Shown here piece by piece: positions 40,202 to 54,600 of a stretch of DNA of 64,000 nt. The notes under the pieces are model-generated. The model ran no database searches and was not told the DNA's origin. It worked only from the letters and a program-made list of their open reading frames with translations. A program made the translations under genes and the position numbers. The stretch is from Klebsormidium nitens (lineage: Eukaryota; Plantae; Klebsormidiophyceae). The number at the start of each line of letters is the position of its first letter. Positions within the stretch are counted from its first letter, which is position 1. The stretch covers positions 1 through 64,000 of the forward strand of contig DF237226.1 in NCBI GenBank assembly GCA_000708835.1, written 5' to 3'.

Positions 40202-41068
40202 ATGGCTCAAAAACTGGGAAAGTTTAGAGGATATGTCTCCCGTGCTCGTACGGTTGAGCTGGAAAACCTACGTGCCAGGCTGAGATCCAAGGTTCTGAAG
40301 CAGGGAGCAGCTGCCGGGATTCTGTCCATCACCCTCGGTAAGCGATCTCACTCATTTCACGTTACTTGGGAAGAGTCAAAGTTCATATCAGCTGGATACT
40401 CCACTAGCTGACGCCCCTTCTGCACAATCTGGACATGCAGTGGACACCCAATTCACCTTAGAAATCGGAAAAACATTTCTCCGTGAGTCGCCATCTCTCT
40501 TCATCCGTGCGCAATCGCCAAACTCTGAAAGCTTTGGTTATACATCATTATCTCAGCTTCTAACCCAGACCTGGGAGGCGAGGGGTTTAAGGAGAAGTAC
40601 TGGTGAAAGACAGTCAAAGCCACTGGTAGGCTATTCCCTGATCTGGTGTGCCTTCCTGAATCTAAAGTACGCCTGCATTTTGGTCAGCAAAAGCACTCCA
40701 TAGCTGTACCTAACATGCCCTGTGTCCACTATCCAGGCAGTCTGATCCTGGTGTTGAGAACCAATCAGTCTCCTGACCTATGACTAGAAAGGCAGGTCAT
40801 CATTTTGATGCATACCACATTCTGGTTCCGATACTCAACAAGTTTTCACATGCTACCTTCTGCAGTTGGCACGGTGGCGGGACTGATTGTCGTTATCACA
40901 AGCGGGGCTGCGGTGCCGCTGATCATTTCAACTTCCACTCCCATCGCGGTGAAGTTTGCAGTGATCCTCAAGAACGTCCTGGGAGCAGGGCGCGCTCTCC
41001 GCCGGATCCAGATTGTGAGCTTATCTCCATCCCGACTATATCAGGGCTTCGGGCCTGGAGGAGTTTGA
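40202..41068 (+). CDS. Possible small membrane protein of unknown function; 3' end unresolved
   Basis: ATG 40202 (MAQKLGKFRGY...GILSITL), GTAAG donor after 40337, and a phase-compatible acceptor ctgcag at 40866 giving a hydrophobic VGTVAGLIVVITSGAAVPLII segment followed by a GTGAGC donor. Confidence 0.4.
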
Positions 41069-42626
41069 AGTTCAACGCAACCCATGTCATGAATAATGAT
41101 TGCAACCGACACAGAAGGTGCCTTGGCTCTTGGCTTGCACATACTCTCCTTGTATTAGTCACGCCTGCCCACTTTCAACTGTCATCGGGTTCGTGCCCGT
41201 ATTGCCACCCTTTTTTGACTGCCTCTATCGGGCGAGTCCTGGAAATCTCATCAAGCCAGTTGGAGTCCGTGTCACTGTTGCTGAGGCCTCCATTGAACTG
41301 TTTTTTCTTTGTGCCTTTGAGTTCTGCTCTGCTTCAAGATTCCCTTCGCAAGTCTCGAATCAAAGTTGGAGCTGTAGGACTCGCTGTTGTACATTGAGTT
41401 GCTGGGAATTGGACTTACGACGGGTGGAATGGCCTTACTTTTTGCGATCCGCCACCATCTGGCGCTCAGCAGTCCGGCGTCTACACTTTGAGGTGGACTG
41501 CAAAACCATTTTGTCACAAAGAGGTCTTGTTTTGCTCGCAGATTGAAGAGGAGTTGGCCCGCAGGAACAGTCACGCCAGCCATCTGACCGCCTGAATCAG
41601 TCGCCAGAGCGATCGAGCACGTCGTAGATAAGATCGTATAGCATGGCATGGAGCTTGCCCGCGCGGCCGTACTTGAATTCCCGTCGAGTGTACATTTGGT
41701 CCACATGTAAGAGAGTTGTAGTAAGCTACACGAAGATACGATGCATACGACGTAGTGTCAATTAATGCGAACAACTAGTCATATGAACTTGACATAGGGT
41801 GCTTTCTTTTGACCAGAGTTTGAGCTTCACAAATTCGCGACATTACAGCTCCTTCGGTCCATTGCTGCACTTGCGTATTGGAATGTGACGTCATGATGAC
41901 AATTATCATATTGAGATTGTTGGTCGTGTGCGACGCGCAGGTCTCGGCGCCGCGCGGCCGGCCGCTGCTGAGCGAGTCCGATCGAGGCTTATGTTACTTG
42001 GCTAATCATATACGCATTTGAATATATGGTTCGCGGCTGTGCCATGAAATAGAGCGGACAAAGCCTGTGCAATCCGATCGTGCTCGGCGACTCAGCAGGA
42101 TTTGGCCGCCTCTTACGCGGCTTGGACGAAACGCAAAAAAGCCTATCCTTGGGAGAGTTCGGCTTAAGCCAAGATTGTGATCACGTTCCCTCAGACGATA
42201 AGGGGAGAAGGCCCTCACTACCCGGGCTCGTCATGGTCAGAACAAATCAATGACAGCCTCAAACGCGGTATGATTTGAAGGACAACCGCGGGAGTGGTAG
42301 TTGAAACAACCTGCGGAAATTTGATACATGAGCCAAAGCGAGAGTCTACCTCAAAGTTGCCTATCAAAGGAGGCTACTACCTGGCCTAAAGCGCCGCTGA
42401 AGTCCTAGAAAAGACCTCTTTTTGCCTTCCTACTTTCTTTCCCCTACGGTCTATTCAACCGTCGAATCAATCAAAGAAACACCTCTGGTCGCGTTCGATC
42501 TGTGCTCAACCATTGGTTCAAATCCACACTATATCAAAATCCATCTCTCAAGAAGCCAAAATATCCTCACGCTCGCCGTAACTACGAAACTAGAACGTGT
42601 CTCAAACCGGTTCTTCCCGGGGGGAT

Positions 42627-45600
42627 CTACTGGTTTCCAGACCCCTGCTGGTCAGCGAGAGAGAAGGTCGCGCCGCCTTCTCCGCGGGCCGCAGCCTGCT
42701 TCCGGCGCGCGATCACAAAGGCCCCAATCGCGGCCAAAACGAGCGCACCTCCCACACCGAGACCCACGCCAAGCCCCACAGCGACACTATTGCTGCCCCC
42801 GGTCTTCACACCGGGAGAAGGGCTCGCCGGGGTACCGGGGGCCGGGGTACCGGGCGCCGGGGTACCAGCCGGGGGAGTCTTCGGGGCAGTGGTGGGCGTT
42901 GGCGTGGGCGGGTCCGCGGTCACGGTCGCCGTGTGCAGCAGGTAGATTCCGTTCCAGTGGGCGGAATCCGGGGTGTACGTGGCGACCCCACTGACCGGGT
43001 CGTACGTCACCGGGAGGTCTTTGGTGACGTTCCAGGTGCAGCCGAAAAACGCGGAAGCGTCGTTCGGGGGCATGGTCGGGGTACAATCGGTTGCCGTGTA
43101 GACGTCGACCACGTACTGGACCGTCGCGGCCGCGAGGAGCGCGCGTCGCTTGGCTAGAGTGGGAACGCTCTGGAAGGAGATGGATCCCGACCCCGGGGAG
43201 AAGGGCTCGGAGTCCTGAATGAGGTATAGAGCGACTGCGCCGACAACTTCAGTCTTGGGGAGGAGGTCATAAGCTATGGGGATCTGGTCGGCGGTCGGGA
43301 AAGTCACGCCGGTTGCTTCGATCGGGGCCGTTCCGGCGGACGCGAAGCTGAAGCTGGCGACGCTGCCCACTAATTGCGTAACCACCGGTTTAGTGGCCGG
43401 GTCAAAGGTGTTAACCTCGGTCGTAACCGGGGGAGGCGTTGCGGGTGCGGGCGGGGCGGCAGTCGCCGCGACCGCATACAGCACAAAGACTCCATTCCAC
43501 TGCGCCTGCGCCGGCGCAAACTGCGCGGTTTGGCTCTGGGTTACGTAGGTAACCGTGCGGGTTGGCGCGACGACAGTCCAGGTACAGCCCGCGTAGGCGT
43601 CGGCTGACGTGGGCGGCAGTGCGACGGAGCACCCCCTGACGTGGTACACGTCAACGACGTACGCCTTTCCGCTGGCCGGAGCCGGGATTCCGCTGAACAC
43701 GACGGAGCCCGAGAAAGGGTAGAAGGGCCCCGCTGCCGTTTTGCCCTGGGTGAAGAAGACGCCGGCAACAGCGACAGGGGTGATGGTATCTGGCAGGGTC
43801 GCCACGGGCTGGGAAGCGCCCTGGTAATTTACCGCCACTCCGGTGATTGGGTCGAACGCCGACGCCCCAGTCGGTGTGGCACCAACAACCGATGCCGAAA
43901 CGGCGACACTCCCGGGCACGGTAACGGCGAAAGTGGGGGCGGTTTTGGGGTTCGGTAGGGGGACCGTCTCCGAAGCGACGGTCACCAGGCTTGGCACGCT
44001 GATCGTGTGCAGGACGTAGACTCCGTTCCAGGCGGCAACGGACGCCGTTCCGGTCTTGGACGCCGGATCGACGGAAACGGAAACGTTGGCCGCCGCGGGG
44101 GACCATTGGCAGTTGGTGTAGCTGTTGCTGGAAGCGCTCCCCGGAAGTGCCCAGAGGTCGCAACCGGTCGCTTGATAGAGGTCGACTGCGTACTGGAGAC
44201 CGGTCGGTAGAGCGGCTAGGTTGGCGAAGGTGATAGTGGCCGGGGCGGATGTGTTGTAAGGGGCTGGGAAAGAAGAGAAAGAAGGAATATGAAAGTGTGG
44301 AACGACATTAAGATGATTTTGAAATAGCTGCCAGCTAGTGCGTCTTCAAGTAAACGATAGCGTGCGGTAAAATCAGTGAAACGAAGTGAGATGTCTCCCA
44401 AAGAAGGTTGCGAAAGAGCCTTACGTGATTCAGGTTTGAGAGCAGATATTCTACTCGGATGGAACCGATGCAGAAAGCACTTCGCTGCCTGCGTTTAGTT
44501 GAGGGGGTGGAGCACTTTCGTGCCTTCCAAAGTGAAACAGTGGAAGGGGCTGAACTCTGCGGCAGTTTCCTTGATTCAAGCAAGGTGACAAGCAGAGGCG
44601 AACAGTCGAAGTGAGGATATCGCAAACGTAGCAGAGGCCTGCCGACCATGGAAACTCGTTCAAACGCACTAACTTCGCTACAGCACGCAACCGCGGTACT
44701 TCGACAAAGCTGGCACCTGGCTATGAGATCGTCCTAGAAACGAACCAGATATCTTCACGGTTTCCTTTTGAAACTTTCGATTGCTGGCCCACCCTACGAT
44801 AAGAAGACTTACCATTGTTGGCGACGACGAACAGAGCTGCCGCCCGCGAGGACGCGCCCGCGGCCGACGCGGGCGCCCCCGGCACCACGGCCGCGTCCGC
44901 ATACGCTATGGCATAAGCTGTCGCGCTGCCGTCCGCCGGGACAGGCACGCTGAAGCCGAACGTTCCGGCCGTCGCGTGAACGGAACTGTCGTTGACGGCC
45001 GCCGGAATCGCCGCGCCTTGGAACGTCTTCCCGCCGAAGATGGTCGCCGTTCCGGGCGACGTAACCGTCGGGTCGTTGCCGTAAACCCGCGCGAGCAGCA
45101 CGGGCGCGAAGCGCGCGGCGTCGCCCCACCAGACGACCGGCAGCGCGGCCGCCTCGCAGTGCCGCGCGGCCGCGTTGAGGAGCCCGTCGGCCGCGGCGGT
45201 AAAGCACGCGTAGTTGTCGCACTCGGAGCTGGTGTTGCTGCAGGGTGACGTGGCGAGCCCGTATTGGGCGATGAGCTGGAGCTTGGGCAGGAACGTGTTG
45301 ATGGCGCTCTGGATCGCGGGCTGCGTCTCGGCGACCGTGGAGGAGAGCGTGGTATTCTCTCCGGTCGCCGGAATGAGGTAGAGCGGAACTTCGTCGGCGG
45401 CCGCGAGGAGCGCCGCGAGCGCACACGCGTGCTGGTTCGCGGTGGTCGCGCCGTCGCCGCTGTCCAAGCCTGCCGGAAACGGAACGAATGTAGATCAGCT
45501 TCAATCCACTTTTTGGAACGTCATATGGTTGAACTGGTTCTGCATGTTCACCTTAGCAGCTAGAGTTGGGGGTTTAGAAATGGATACTGACGAGGTGCCA

Positions 45601-48600
45601 GGTTCCTGTCTCTTGCCTTCGAAACCCAAATTCCAACTATGAGGCTCCAAGAAACGTAGTCTACGAACCCAGGACTCATTGCTTCTAAGGAAAGAAAAAT
45701 TGGAGATATTTTGTTCCCATGAAAACAATCGGCTGGGCTACTTGGGCCCTCCCTTGCTTATCTGCCTATGGGGACCCAAAACCGAGGAAGAAGGCAGTAA
45801 AAGGAAATCCCGGCGAAGTTTCGCCGAAGGCATTGGACATTTACTCTGGTGAATTAGAACCTCAGAAAACAAATCACACTTACCCGGAGAGTATGCAGGC
45901 GGGGCCGACTGGTCCAGCACGTTGATCATCTTGAGGACGTCCGCCTTCTCCGTCCGCATCATTCCGTTCCCGGTGGCGCAGCCCGTGTCGAGCGGAGCCG
46001 CCGGCGCATACGTGCTGCCCCACGTGATCGCCCACGTCAGCACGCCGAAGTAATCCGCTGTCTGGTACGCGGCCGGCAGGAAAATGTCCTGGTAGCTCCC
46101 GTCGGCCTCGGTGTAATTCACCGGGCTGGTTTGAAGCAGGGAACGGCCCCCGGCGATTTGCTCCGGGGAGGTTTCATCGTTTACGGAAAGCAGGCTGCGG
46201 CGCTTGGAGCCGGGGCTCGGGACGACGAACGGCTTAACGTCGTAACTGCAGACAGAAACCACGTTTTCTATCAGTCGTTGGGTTAAAAAGGTGTCGAAAA
46301 GTTTAAAACATAAGTAACAGTCGGAGCTTCGATCTTCCCCATAAAACACCAGGGATGAAGATGTATATTTGAATCGACTTGCAAATCGTGTTCAAAGAGG
46401 TAAAGGGACCTGCATAGTCCTTCCACTGAGACGAGCAGAACATTGCTGGACGGAAGTATCCTGGGCCGATTAGAAAAGGAGAGCCACCCTGGCGTCGAGG
46501 ATCCGAGAGAGGAGTAGATCCGGTCATTCTTAGCCTGCCTGAATCTTTCATGAGCTTTGCTACTCACAGGCGCTGCCCGTGTCCGCGAGAAGCGACCCCA
46601 GAAGAGTTTCCGCCCAAGTTTTCAAACCCTCATCTCTTAACCCCACAAAACTAAAGCACAATTAATAAACGAGCCCGGATCTAGTTGCGCCACTGACCGG
46701 TATCCGTTCGGCTGGTCGCCCGCCGCTGACGCTGGTGTGCCCGGGTTGCTGATGAAGACGCTGATTGCGATCGTGCCCGGGATAGGGCTCAGAGTGGCGA
46801 CGTTCGAAGCCCCGGTTGCGAGAACGTACTGCGAGCCCCCATTCACACCGTAACGGAACTGGTACTGCAGGGCACCGCTCGGGGCGTCGGCGCTCTTGAC
46901 CCAGTTGACGGCGCTGATCTTGAACTGGTAGCCGCCACCGGAAGTGTACTTCTGCAGGAGGAAAGCTTCGCGTCAGAGGCTGATTGCGTATGCCCAGAGA
47001 AGCGTTGCAGAGTGGCGAAACTTCTCCCCTAAAATCGCCACGACAACTCGAGTGGGTGCTGAAGAACGAACCGCCGAGCAAGATGCCGGTTGAGACCGAT
47101 TCTGCCCTGATTGCGCACTGTTGGTGCGGGAAGTCGTTTGAGCTCCCCTTTGTTTCGCGACAGCTCGTAAAATAGCCAGAGAACCAAAAGGCAAATCTAC
47201 AAAAACGATGATGTTTCGGTCCTGTCTTTCTTGTTTAAAGGCTTGGTTGACATTTATTCAGGTTCGCGGTTTTGCACCAGGGCAGACAGATCATCTCAAA
47301 GTGTTCGCAGTGGCCTAAAGCCCAAACTTTTTCAACTTTTTGAAAGCGTAAAAGTGGTTCGCAAGGGGGGGCTGCTTACGCTGGATGTGCTGACTGTCTG
47401 GACAGTCACGCTGCCCCCCGAGGGAAGGCCAAAGACCGGGAACTCCAGCGAAGCTTGCCCCGCTGACCCGATTCCCAGCGCGTCAGTCCCCTTGAGAGAC
47501 ACCCGGTAGGTTCCCCAGGGCGGAAGAGTGTTCGGTGCGATCGTGATCGATCTGCTGAGCGTGCCAGCCGTGAACGGGTACGACGCTGACGTGGCGACTG
47601 ACGTCACGGCCCACGTGTAGACGGTATTGGGCTCGTCGGAGGAGGCGGTCAGGAGCAGCTTCTTGGAGGACGCAATTCCGCCGGACACGTCGCCACCGGA
47701 AGCAGTGATCGACATTGTGATCGTCCGGGCGGTGGCGATCGTGATCTTGGCGGAGTTGACGACGTTTTTGCGGCCGGTGGAGAGGGGCTCCTTGGATGCC
47801 TGCAGAGTCAAAAAAGACGAATCGCTGGTGAGGATAGGCGCAGATTGCAGTATGGGGCTGAGGGTGGGCACGGGTGCGGAGAATAAACATTTGGGTTTGG
47901 ATTATCAGTGCTACGATAGCTTCGTTCTTATCATGACTTGAGAATATTGTCTAGGGCTTATTAAAAGGGAAGAAGATCCTACTGAGGGCGTCAAATGATC
48001 TTTAAACGCCTTGACGCCCCGAGCCCGCGGAGTTAGTCGTATTGATCGCCCAAGAAAAACTGAGAGATTCGAATTGCGCCGCCCGATCTTGTATCCCCTG
48101 AGATCTTAAGTATATTCTCTCAATCTTAACTCCTTGTAGGTTTTCTGAAGTTTGCTTTTTGGTCGCACCATTGGCCTTGTTCGGAGGCTGCAGTCTGCTC
48201 GCTTCGCCAATTTCTCCGACTCGGGTTAAGACAACGCCGACAAAGACCTTTCTTGCTTTGCACTTTGCCCGCCATCTCCTTCTTCAAGTTCTCCCCCCAC
48301 AGACCCAAAGCTTGGAAAAGACACTCACGCTGACAAAGAACTGGTAGATTCCGTCCGCGAGAGTACCCCCCGGAATGGTCACGAACTGCCCAAAGTTGTT
48401 TGTCGCGTCCGCCTGGTAAAGCGCATTTACTGCGCCGTCCGGAAGCGCCTGGGAGCACGTCCACGTGTACTGGAACGGGTACGGAGTTCCGTACAGGTCC
48501 GCTGAGTTGTCCGGGTCTTTGCTAACCGCCAGGAGGGTTAGGTCCTTGGCGGAGTTGGCTAGGCGGTCTCCGCCGGAAACGGAAACGGTGATCGGTTGTG

Positions 48601-51600
48601 GGGTGAGGCTGAGAGTGACCTGCCCGGTAGAGGCTTGGCCGAGGGAGCCGCCTTGGATGATTGCGACGGAAACCTGGAAAAAAAGGAGGAGCGCAGAATT
48701 AGCTCTCTCTTTGCCGAGAGTGCACCAGAGTGAAATGATGCGGGTTGTGCCCGGCTGTTACCGGTTGTGACTTCGTTCAACGTACTTCGAGGGCTGACAG
48801 AAGCAATATGGCGTAGAATACTGGAAACGAACTGGCAGCCTGTAGCCTGTCAATTGCAGATTTCCATGGAGCAAGTCTAGAGCCACTACTACCAGAGGAG
48901 ATACCAATCATGTTGTGTAAAGTTTCATCCGCACGTTATAGCTACAGCTGTCAGATACAGGTAAAGACTTTCCGGCTGCAGGTAAGGGAAACTTTTAGAA
49001 GCAATCACGTAACAGAGGGAGGCGCTGCGCCAATTCCCGCGAAATCTTCACCACAGAAAAGAAAGTGAAGGCTTTCTCATTCCGGGTGTCTCCTATTCTG
49101 AAAAACGTACTCGAAGCAATCAAAGGAAGACGCGCATTCTCATGAAATGTTGACCAGAGGGAAGGTATTCAAGGCCTTATGAAATCACCTGGAAGACGTA
49201 GTCGACTCCAAGGCGCATCGCGGAACCCGGAAGCAGCAGCGTAGGCGAAGAGAAGGACGCCGTGTACTTGGGCGATCCCAAATTGGTCGGGTCGATGATC
49301 GGCCCAGTCAGCTGCTGCCACGTGTAGCTCAGCGGGACGTCCCCGCCGCCCGGCACGCACTGCCCGGCGACCCAGATGAACTTCCCGGGCACTCTCCCGG
49401 ACGCCGTCACTGAGAAAATACTGCTGGAACGTCCGACGGTCCGGCGCTCCGCGCCAGTTCCGGGGGTGGTTACGACCGGAACCGCCTTGCTCTGCTTGTT
49501 GATAGTGACGGCGACGGAAGCGCTGGAGAGGCCCACGAAGTTGGTCGCCGTGACGGTGAAAATGTAGGACGTGCCCGGTTCCAGGTCCGTGGAACCCAGG
49601 GTGAGTGAGGAGCGGGAGCCCTCTGCGGTGTAGTCGGCAAGCTTGGCGGAAAGCGCGGCCGTGTAGTCGTTGTTCGGTCCCTGAGAATGGAAAAACGACT
49701 TGGTTAGTGTCGTGGGCTGTCAGGATTCGAACCGTCAAATGCGTATACTGCTTTCAGGAGCGCGTCAAATGCGTCTTTCCTTGCTTTGTTGAGCTGACGT
49801 GTCGAAGATCTCACGCGTCGAGAAGCGATCCACGCTGCTGACAGAAATGATTCGTCCGGAAACACAATATTGAACGACTTTGAACCGCACCTTGAGGGCT
49901 ACTCAACAAGCAATGCTCAACAAAAGTCTGCTGAATCAACAGAGATAAAATTTGCTTGATTGACATCTCCAAACGATCGAGATCAGAGACGTGCGCCCTT
50001 CAATCGCCCACCTGGACGAAATAGCTGAAGCGCAGCGGCCGGCCGCCGCCCCCGGTTGACTGCCCCGCATCCAGAGTGACCGGGTCGCACACCCCGACCG
50101 ACGTGGGCGCAGACAGGCTGACTACGGGCGTGGGGCCCACTTCCGGTCCGTCCAGCGGAACGGAACCGGACGCGTTGTACGAGTTCGACGCCGCGTTCCC
50201 GATCGTGTTCGGAAGGAGATGGATCGAGTCGGGGGACGCGCTTCCGACCGGTTGGATCGTCGCGTTGTAGCCAAACTGGACGGTTAGGGTCGCCTTGTTT
50301 TGCCAGACACACGTGTACCGCGCCTGCCCGAGCTTGGCGACCACGGTTGGGTCAAGAACGGTGGTGCACATCGCGGTTTGCGAGACGGAGATTTTGGGGT
50401 TAGTGGTGCCCATGTTGGTGTCCTGGTCGAAGGTGATGACCAGCGAGTTGAGCAGGTTAGAGAAGCGCGCGGCGACCAGCTTGGGCGCGGGCGCGGGGGA
50501 GATGTCCGCCGGGAAGGCGCCGATGACTGCGAATAAGCAATCGGTCGCGCGTAAGCCAGGCTGATTTTCTGAGATGATTTGTTTAGGCCCACAGGACCAG
50601 GTCGGGGTGCTTGTGCATTAGGGTGGGTAGGGATATGAGCACGTTCTTTTAAGGCTTACGATCTCCCATGTCGGTCGGAGCTTCTAAGTACTATATTCGT
50701 TTGTGTGGTCTTTCTTGGGTTTCATGAGAAACTGCCGGCGTCGGTGACGAGACTTCGCAGAAACGAAAAGGTTGTTCGAGAGAACGCTATTGAAACTTGA
50801 CAGGGAGCTGTCATTAAAGTAAGAGTCGGCAGAAACAAGGTTCCCGGGGGTTGACACGATCTTTGTCTCCGAGAAAGGTGTGAGATGGTGAAACCTGGAA
50901 CACTCTGCCATGCATTAGCAAGCTGCTTGAGTTCCGTATGATATAACTGTTTCCTTTCAGCGGAAGCCCTTACAACACAGCGCCAATGTCTTTTTGAGAA
51001 GTCAGCCCAGCCCCTTCGAAGAGGACGTCGCAGGACCGAGCCAACCATAGGCGACCAGAAATGCACCTTCCGGGCAAGATTTGTCGCCAAAAGCAGGTTG
51101 CAAACCGAAATATGGGCCGTTCAATCAAATAAGTCTCTCCGATGCTGCTGGTACGCTTTGAGATATGAGGCTCTTTTACCCGCCTGAAAGTTTTATTACC
51201 GACCGATTCCAGGTGCACAAACGCTTACCAGTGGGCCCGTAAGCCACGATGACGTTGACCGTCCCATACTTGACGGGCGTGTAAGTCACGGCCGCCTGGC
51301 AATCCGTACCGTCCGCCGCGCACCCTGTGAAGATGACGCGGACGCTGGCAGAATCGACTGCGTCACTCGGGGAGAAGGTGACCTTGGGCAGGAGGCTGAC
51401 GACATTCCCGGCGGCGTCGCGCGCGGTGACGGTAAAGGCCGCGGCAGTTCCGGCCGTTCCGACGGTGATTCCGTTGCCGGTGACGGAGCTGGTGTTCCCG
51501 GAGACGGCGCCCGGAACGACGATCACCTGCGGCGTAGGGCGCGTGAAGTCAGGTGACGTTTGGGATTATAGATGATGACGGCTTGCTCATGATTTGTGTC

Positions 51601-54600
51601 TTACAAGGTCAAGTTCTGATAAACACGAAGATATTCGCGCCGAATGTTGTTACACTAAGTGGTAAGCTGTCCTTATTGTCATTGCATAGTAAGAGAGATT
51701 TCATCTAAGTGGGGCAAGATCATTTCTGGTATTACCTGAAGTGAGCACCTCTCAATCACACGAGATGCGGACTGAAAGGAAGTCATAATACACGCAATGT
51801 CTGGTTTACTACATTCACAGGGGAGCATTTTAGATCAGCGTTCTTTCGACAATCAAAGAAAGCTTCCATCAGGTTTTGTAAGAAACAAAAAGCCTAAGGC
51901 TTCGCTCGCTCCTCACAGAAGTCAGACCGTGGAAATCCAAGCTCAACACTTGATGGCGAAGCACGCTGCTCTGCTTGAGAACTGCCCTGTTCCTTGGACC
52001 CGCACATCCTTGAGTTTCTAACCTAGTTGCAGGAAGCCCAAATCTCTCTTGACCATCAAAACCTTGGGGACGGGTGGGGGCAAGCAGAAAGGGCGGGCAC
52101 GGGTGTGGAGCAGGTGAGAGAATGCGTTTACCTTTATAATTTCAGTGAAGCTTATCTGACCATAAGTTGGCTACTCTGACGGAGCTGGCTTTTGAGCATT
52201 TTCAACAAAAGGAGAAGCTACGGAAGAAGGAATCTGCGCAGAAGCACCCCTCTCTCTCCCTGGTTACGATGCTCTGCAGTGCGTAAGCCCACCTGGAAAT
52301 TGAGCTGGTTATAGCCTTCCTAAGAACTTATGTGCACGATCATCAGCGGTGCGTAAACATACCTGGAATGGAGACCCCGGCACGACAGCGGAGGCGTCAA
52401 CGGCGTCTGCCACCGTGACCTGGTAAGTGCCCACGAGGCTAGCGGTGCAGGATGCTTGGAACTCAGAAGAGACGGCGCTTTCGGCGACCGAGCACTGGAG
52501 CGGGACCGGGCCCGCATTCATGATCACAAACGACTTGTCGCCGGTTTTGTAAGGGTTGCCGTACACGTCCCTGCAGAAGGTAACCTTGAAAGCGTAAGAG
52601 GAATTCCGATCACTGGGGCGGCATGGAAACAGAATTGACGGGGGTTGTGTCGCTGACATGGAGAGACTCGTGCTGTTGCGTGCAAAAAGACTTCAGAGTT
52701 CAAAGCACGAATCCGTAAGAAACGAAAACATTCCTGATGCAACGTGCAATGCACACCGCTGCTGAGTACTTTGTGCGATTCATGAGCGCTCGTCCAAACT
52801 TCAATACAAGACACAAGAAGGTGCCCGCACTTAAAGTCTCGTCCTTGCCAGCATTTTGACTCTGATACAATTCGATTTCAAAGAGCCCGTTCCGAAATGC
52901 CCATGAGTCTCGGCACATGAAACCTCCAAAACACGCCGTACTTGAAATCTGCAACCAAATAGAGCCTAAGTCTTTAAACCTTGAGATAGAAAGACTAGAG
53001 CCGGCGAAAACCCACTTGGCCACAACTGTGAAGGCGAGCGGCGTTCCGGAGAGAACCGTGGTCGCTGCCGCGGGCGCGGGCCGAATCGCGCACTGGGAAA
53101 TGTAGAAGTTGGTGTTGACGACCGTGATTAGCATCGGCTGCGGGTTAACAGCGGTCACGACATCCCCCTTTCGCAGCGACACTGTCAGGCTGTAGACGCC
53201 CGAGACGGTCGCCGTGTAGCGGAGCTCGTACGTCCCGTCTTGCTTGTTCACGAGCGCGGCTTGCACGGTGGCGGGGCCCGTTAACACCGCGGTGTAAACG
53301 TCCCCCCCGGTCACGGCGTTGTAGACCTGCGCGTTGCCATTGGCGTCATAGGACTTGACCAGGATGACGTCCTCCGTCCCGGCCACTCTGACGTCAGCCG
53401 GTGAGAAGGGGTCGGTTCCCCCGAGCTTCAGAAGCTTGGCGTCCTTGGCAGAAGTCGGCCCCGGGGAAACTTGAACCGTAACCGGGGAGTTTGCGAGCTG
53501 CTTGCTAGAATCGGCGTAGCTCTGCAGCTGGATTGAGAGGGATCCCGCGACGGGGGGAGTGAACGTGACCTGGTACCGCCCGGTTCCGTCGGAAAGGGCG
53601 ACCGGGGTCAGTACTCCTACATTGGGTACAATCGCCGAGAAAACGTTCGCTTCGCCGGTAGACTTGATGTCAAGCCCGTTCTCGTCGCTGGGCTGGATGA
53701 AGAACGAGGTTTCTGTTCCGACGGTTGCCTTGAGAGCGGAACTGAGCGGACTTCCGGTAGCGTCCACGGCCTTGGAGGTGGCCGGAGACACCGGCCCCGG
53801 CTGCTGCTTCAGGGCGACGCTGCTCGTGGCGACTGTGGTTCCGTCATACTTAACCGTGATGGTTAGGCCGTTCGGGTTAGCGTTAACCTGGGCGAGGGTC
53901 GGGGTGTAAGCTGCCCGGTAGACGCCGTTCCCGAGGCTCGTGACCCCCCCGGTGTTAAGATTGATGCCCGTAGGGGAGAAGGTTACGGTGAAGGCTTTCC
54001 CGGTTGGAACCGCCGGGACGATGTTATGTTGCGCATCGCGCGCGGTGATCAGGAAGCTAGCTTCGACACCGGAAGCCGCCCCCACGGTGAAACCGGATCC
54101 AACCACCAGGCAGTCGGTTGCGGAAACCGCGCCGGGGTTTACGGCGATCGAGAGGGGCTGCCCGGTCGCCTTGTCGAGAACCGCCACCTGGTTAACTTCT
54201 AACGAGAGCCTAACCAGCCCTGACGTCATCGGGGTCACGCTCACGGTGTAAATCCCCGTGGTTTGGTCCTGGGTTATGGTCGGGGTTAGGTCGGACGACG
54301 CCCCCGTCAGCCCGGAGACCGAGGTTAGTTGCAGGTTGGCCTGGCTGACGAGGTTGGTCAGGACCGGGTTAGCAAACTGGTCCACGAGCTGCACCGTGAA
54401 GGTGCCTGCCGCCCCGGCGGTTAAGGCAGAGGGGAACGTAACCACGGTAAGCTGGGGCGCGGGGGCCGCCGGCTGAACAGTGACGCTCTGGTTACCGGTC
54501 GCCGGGTAGAATTGCTGGCTGCCAAGGCTGGCGGCAAGCTGGTACGTACCGGCGACGTTCGTTAGGAGCGTGGCCTGGTACGTACCATCGCCGTTGTCGG

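Noticed and set aside
44781-45504. Overlapping Arg/Pro-rich ORFs (155, 172 and 231 aa)
   Set aside because: Alternative frames of a very GC-rich exon of the giant gene, where stops are rare by composition.
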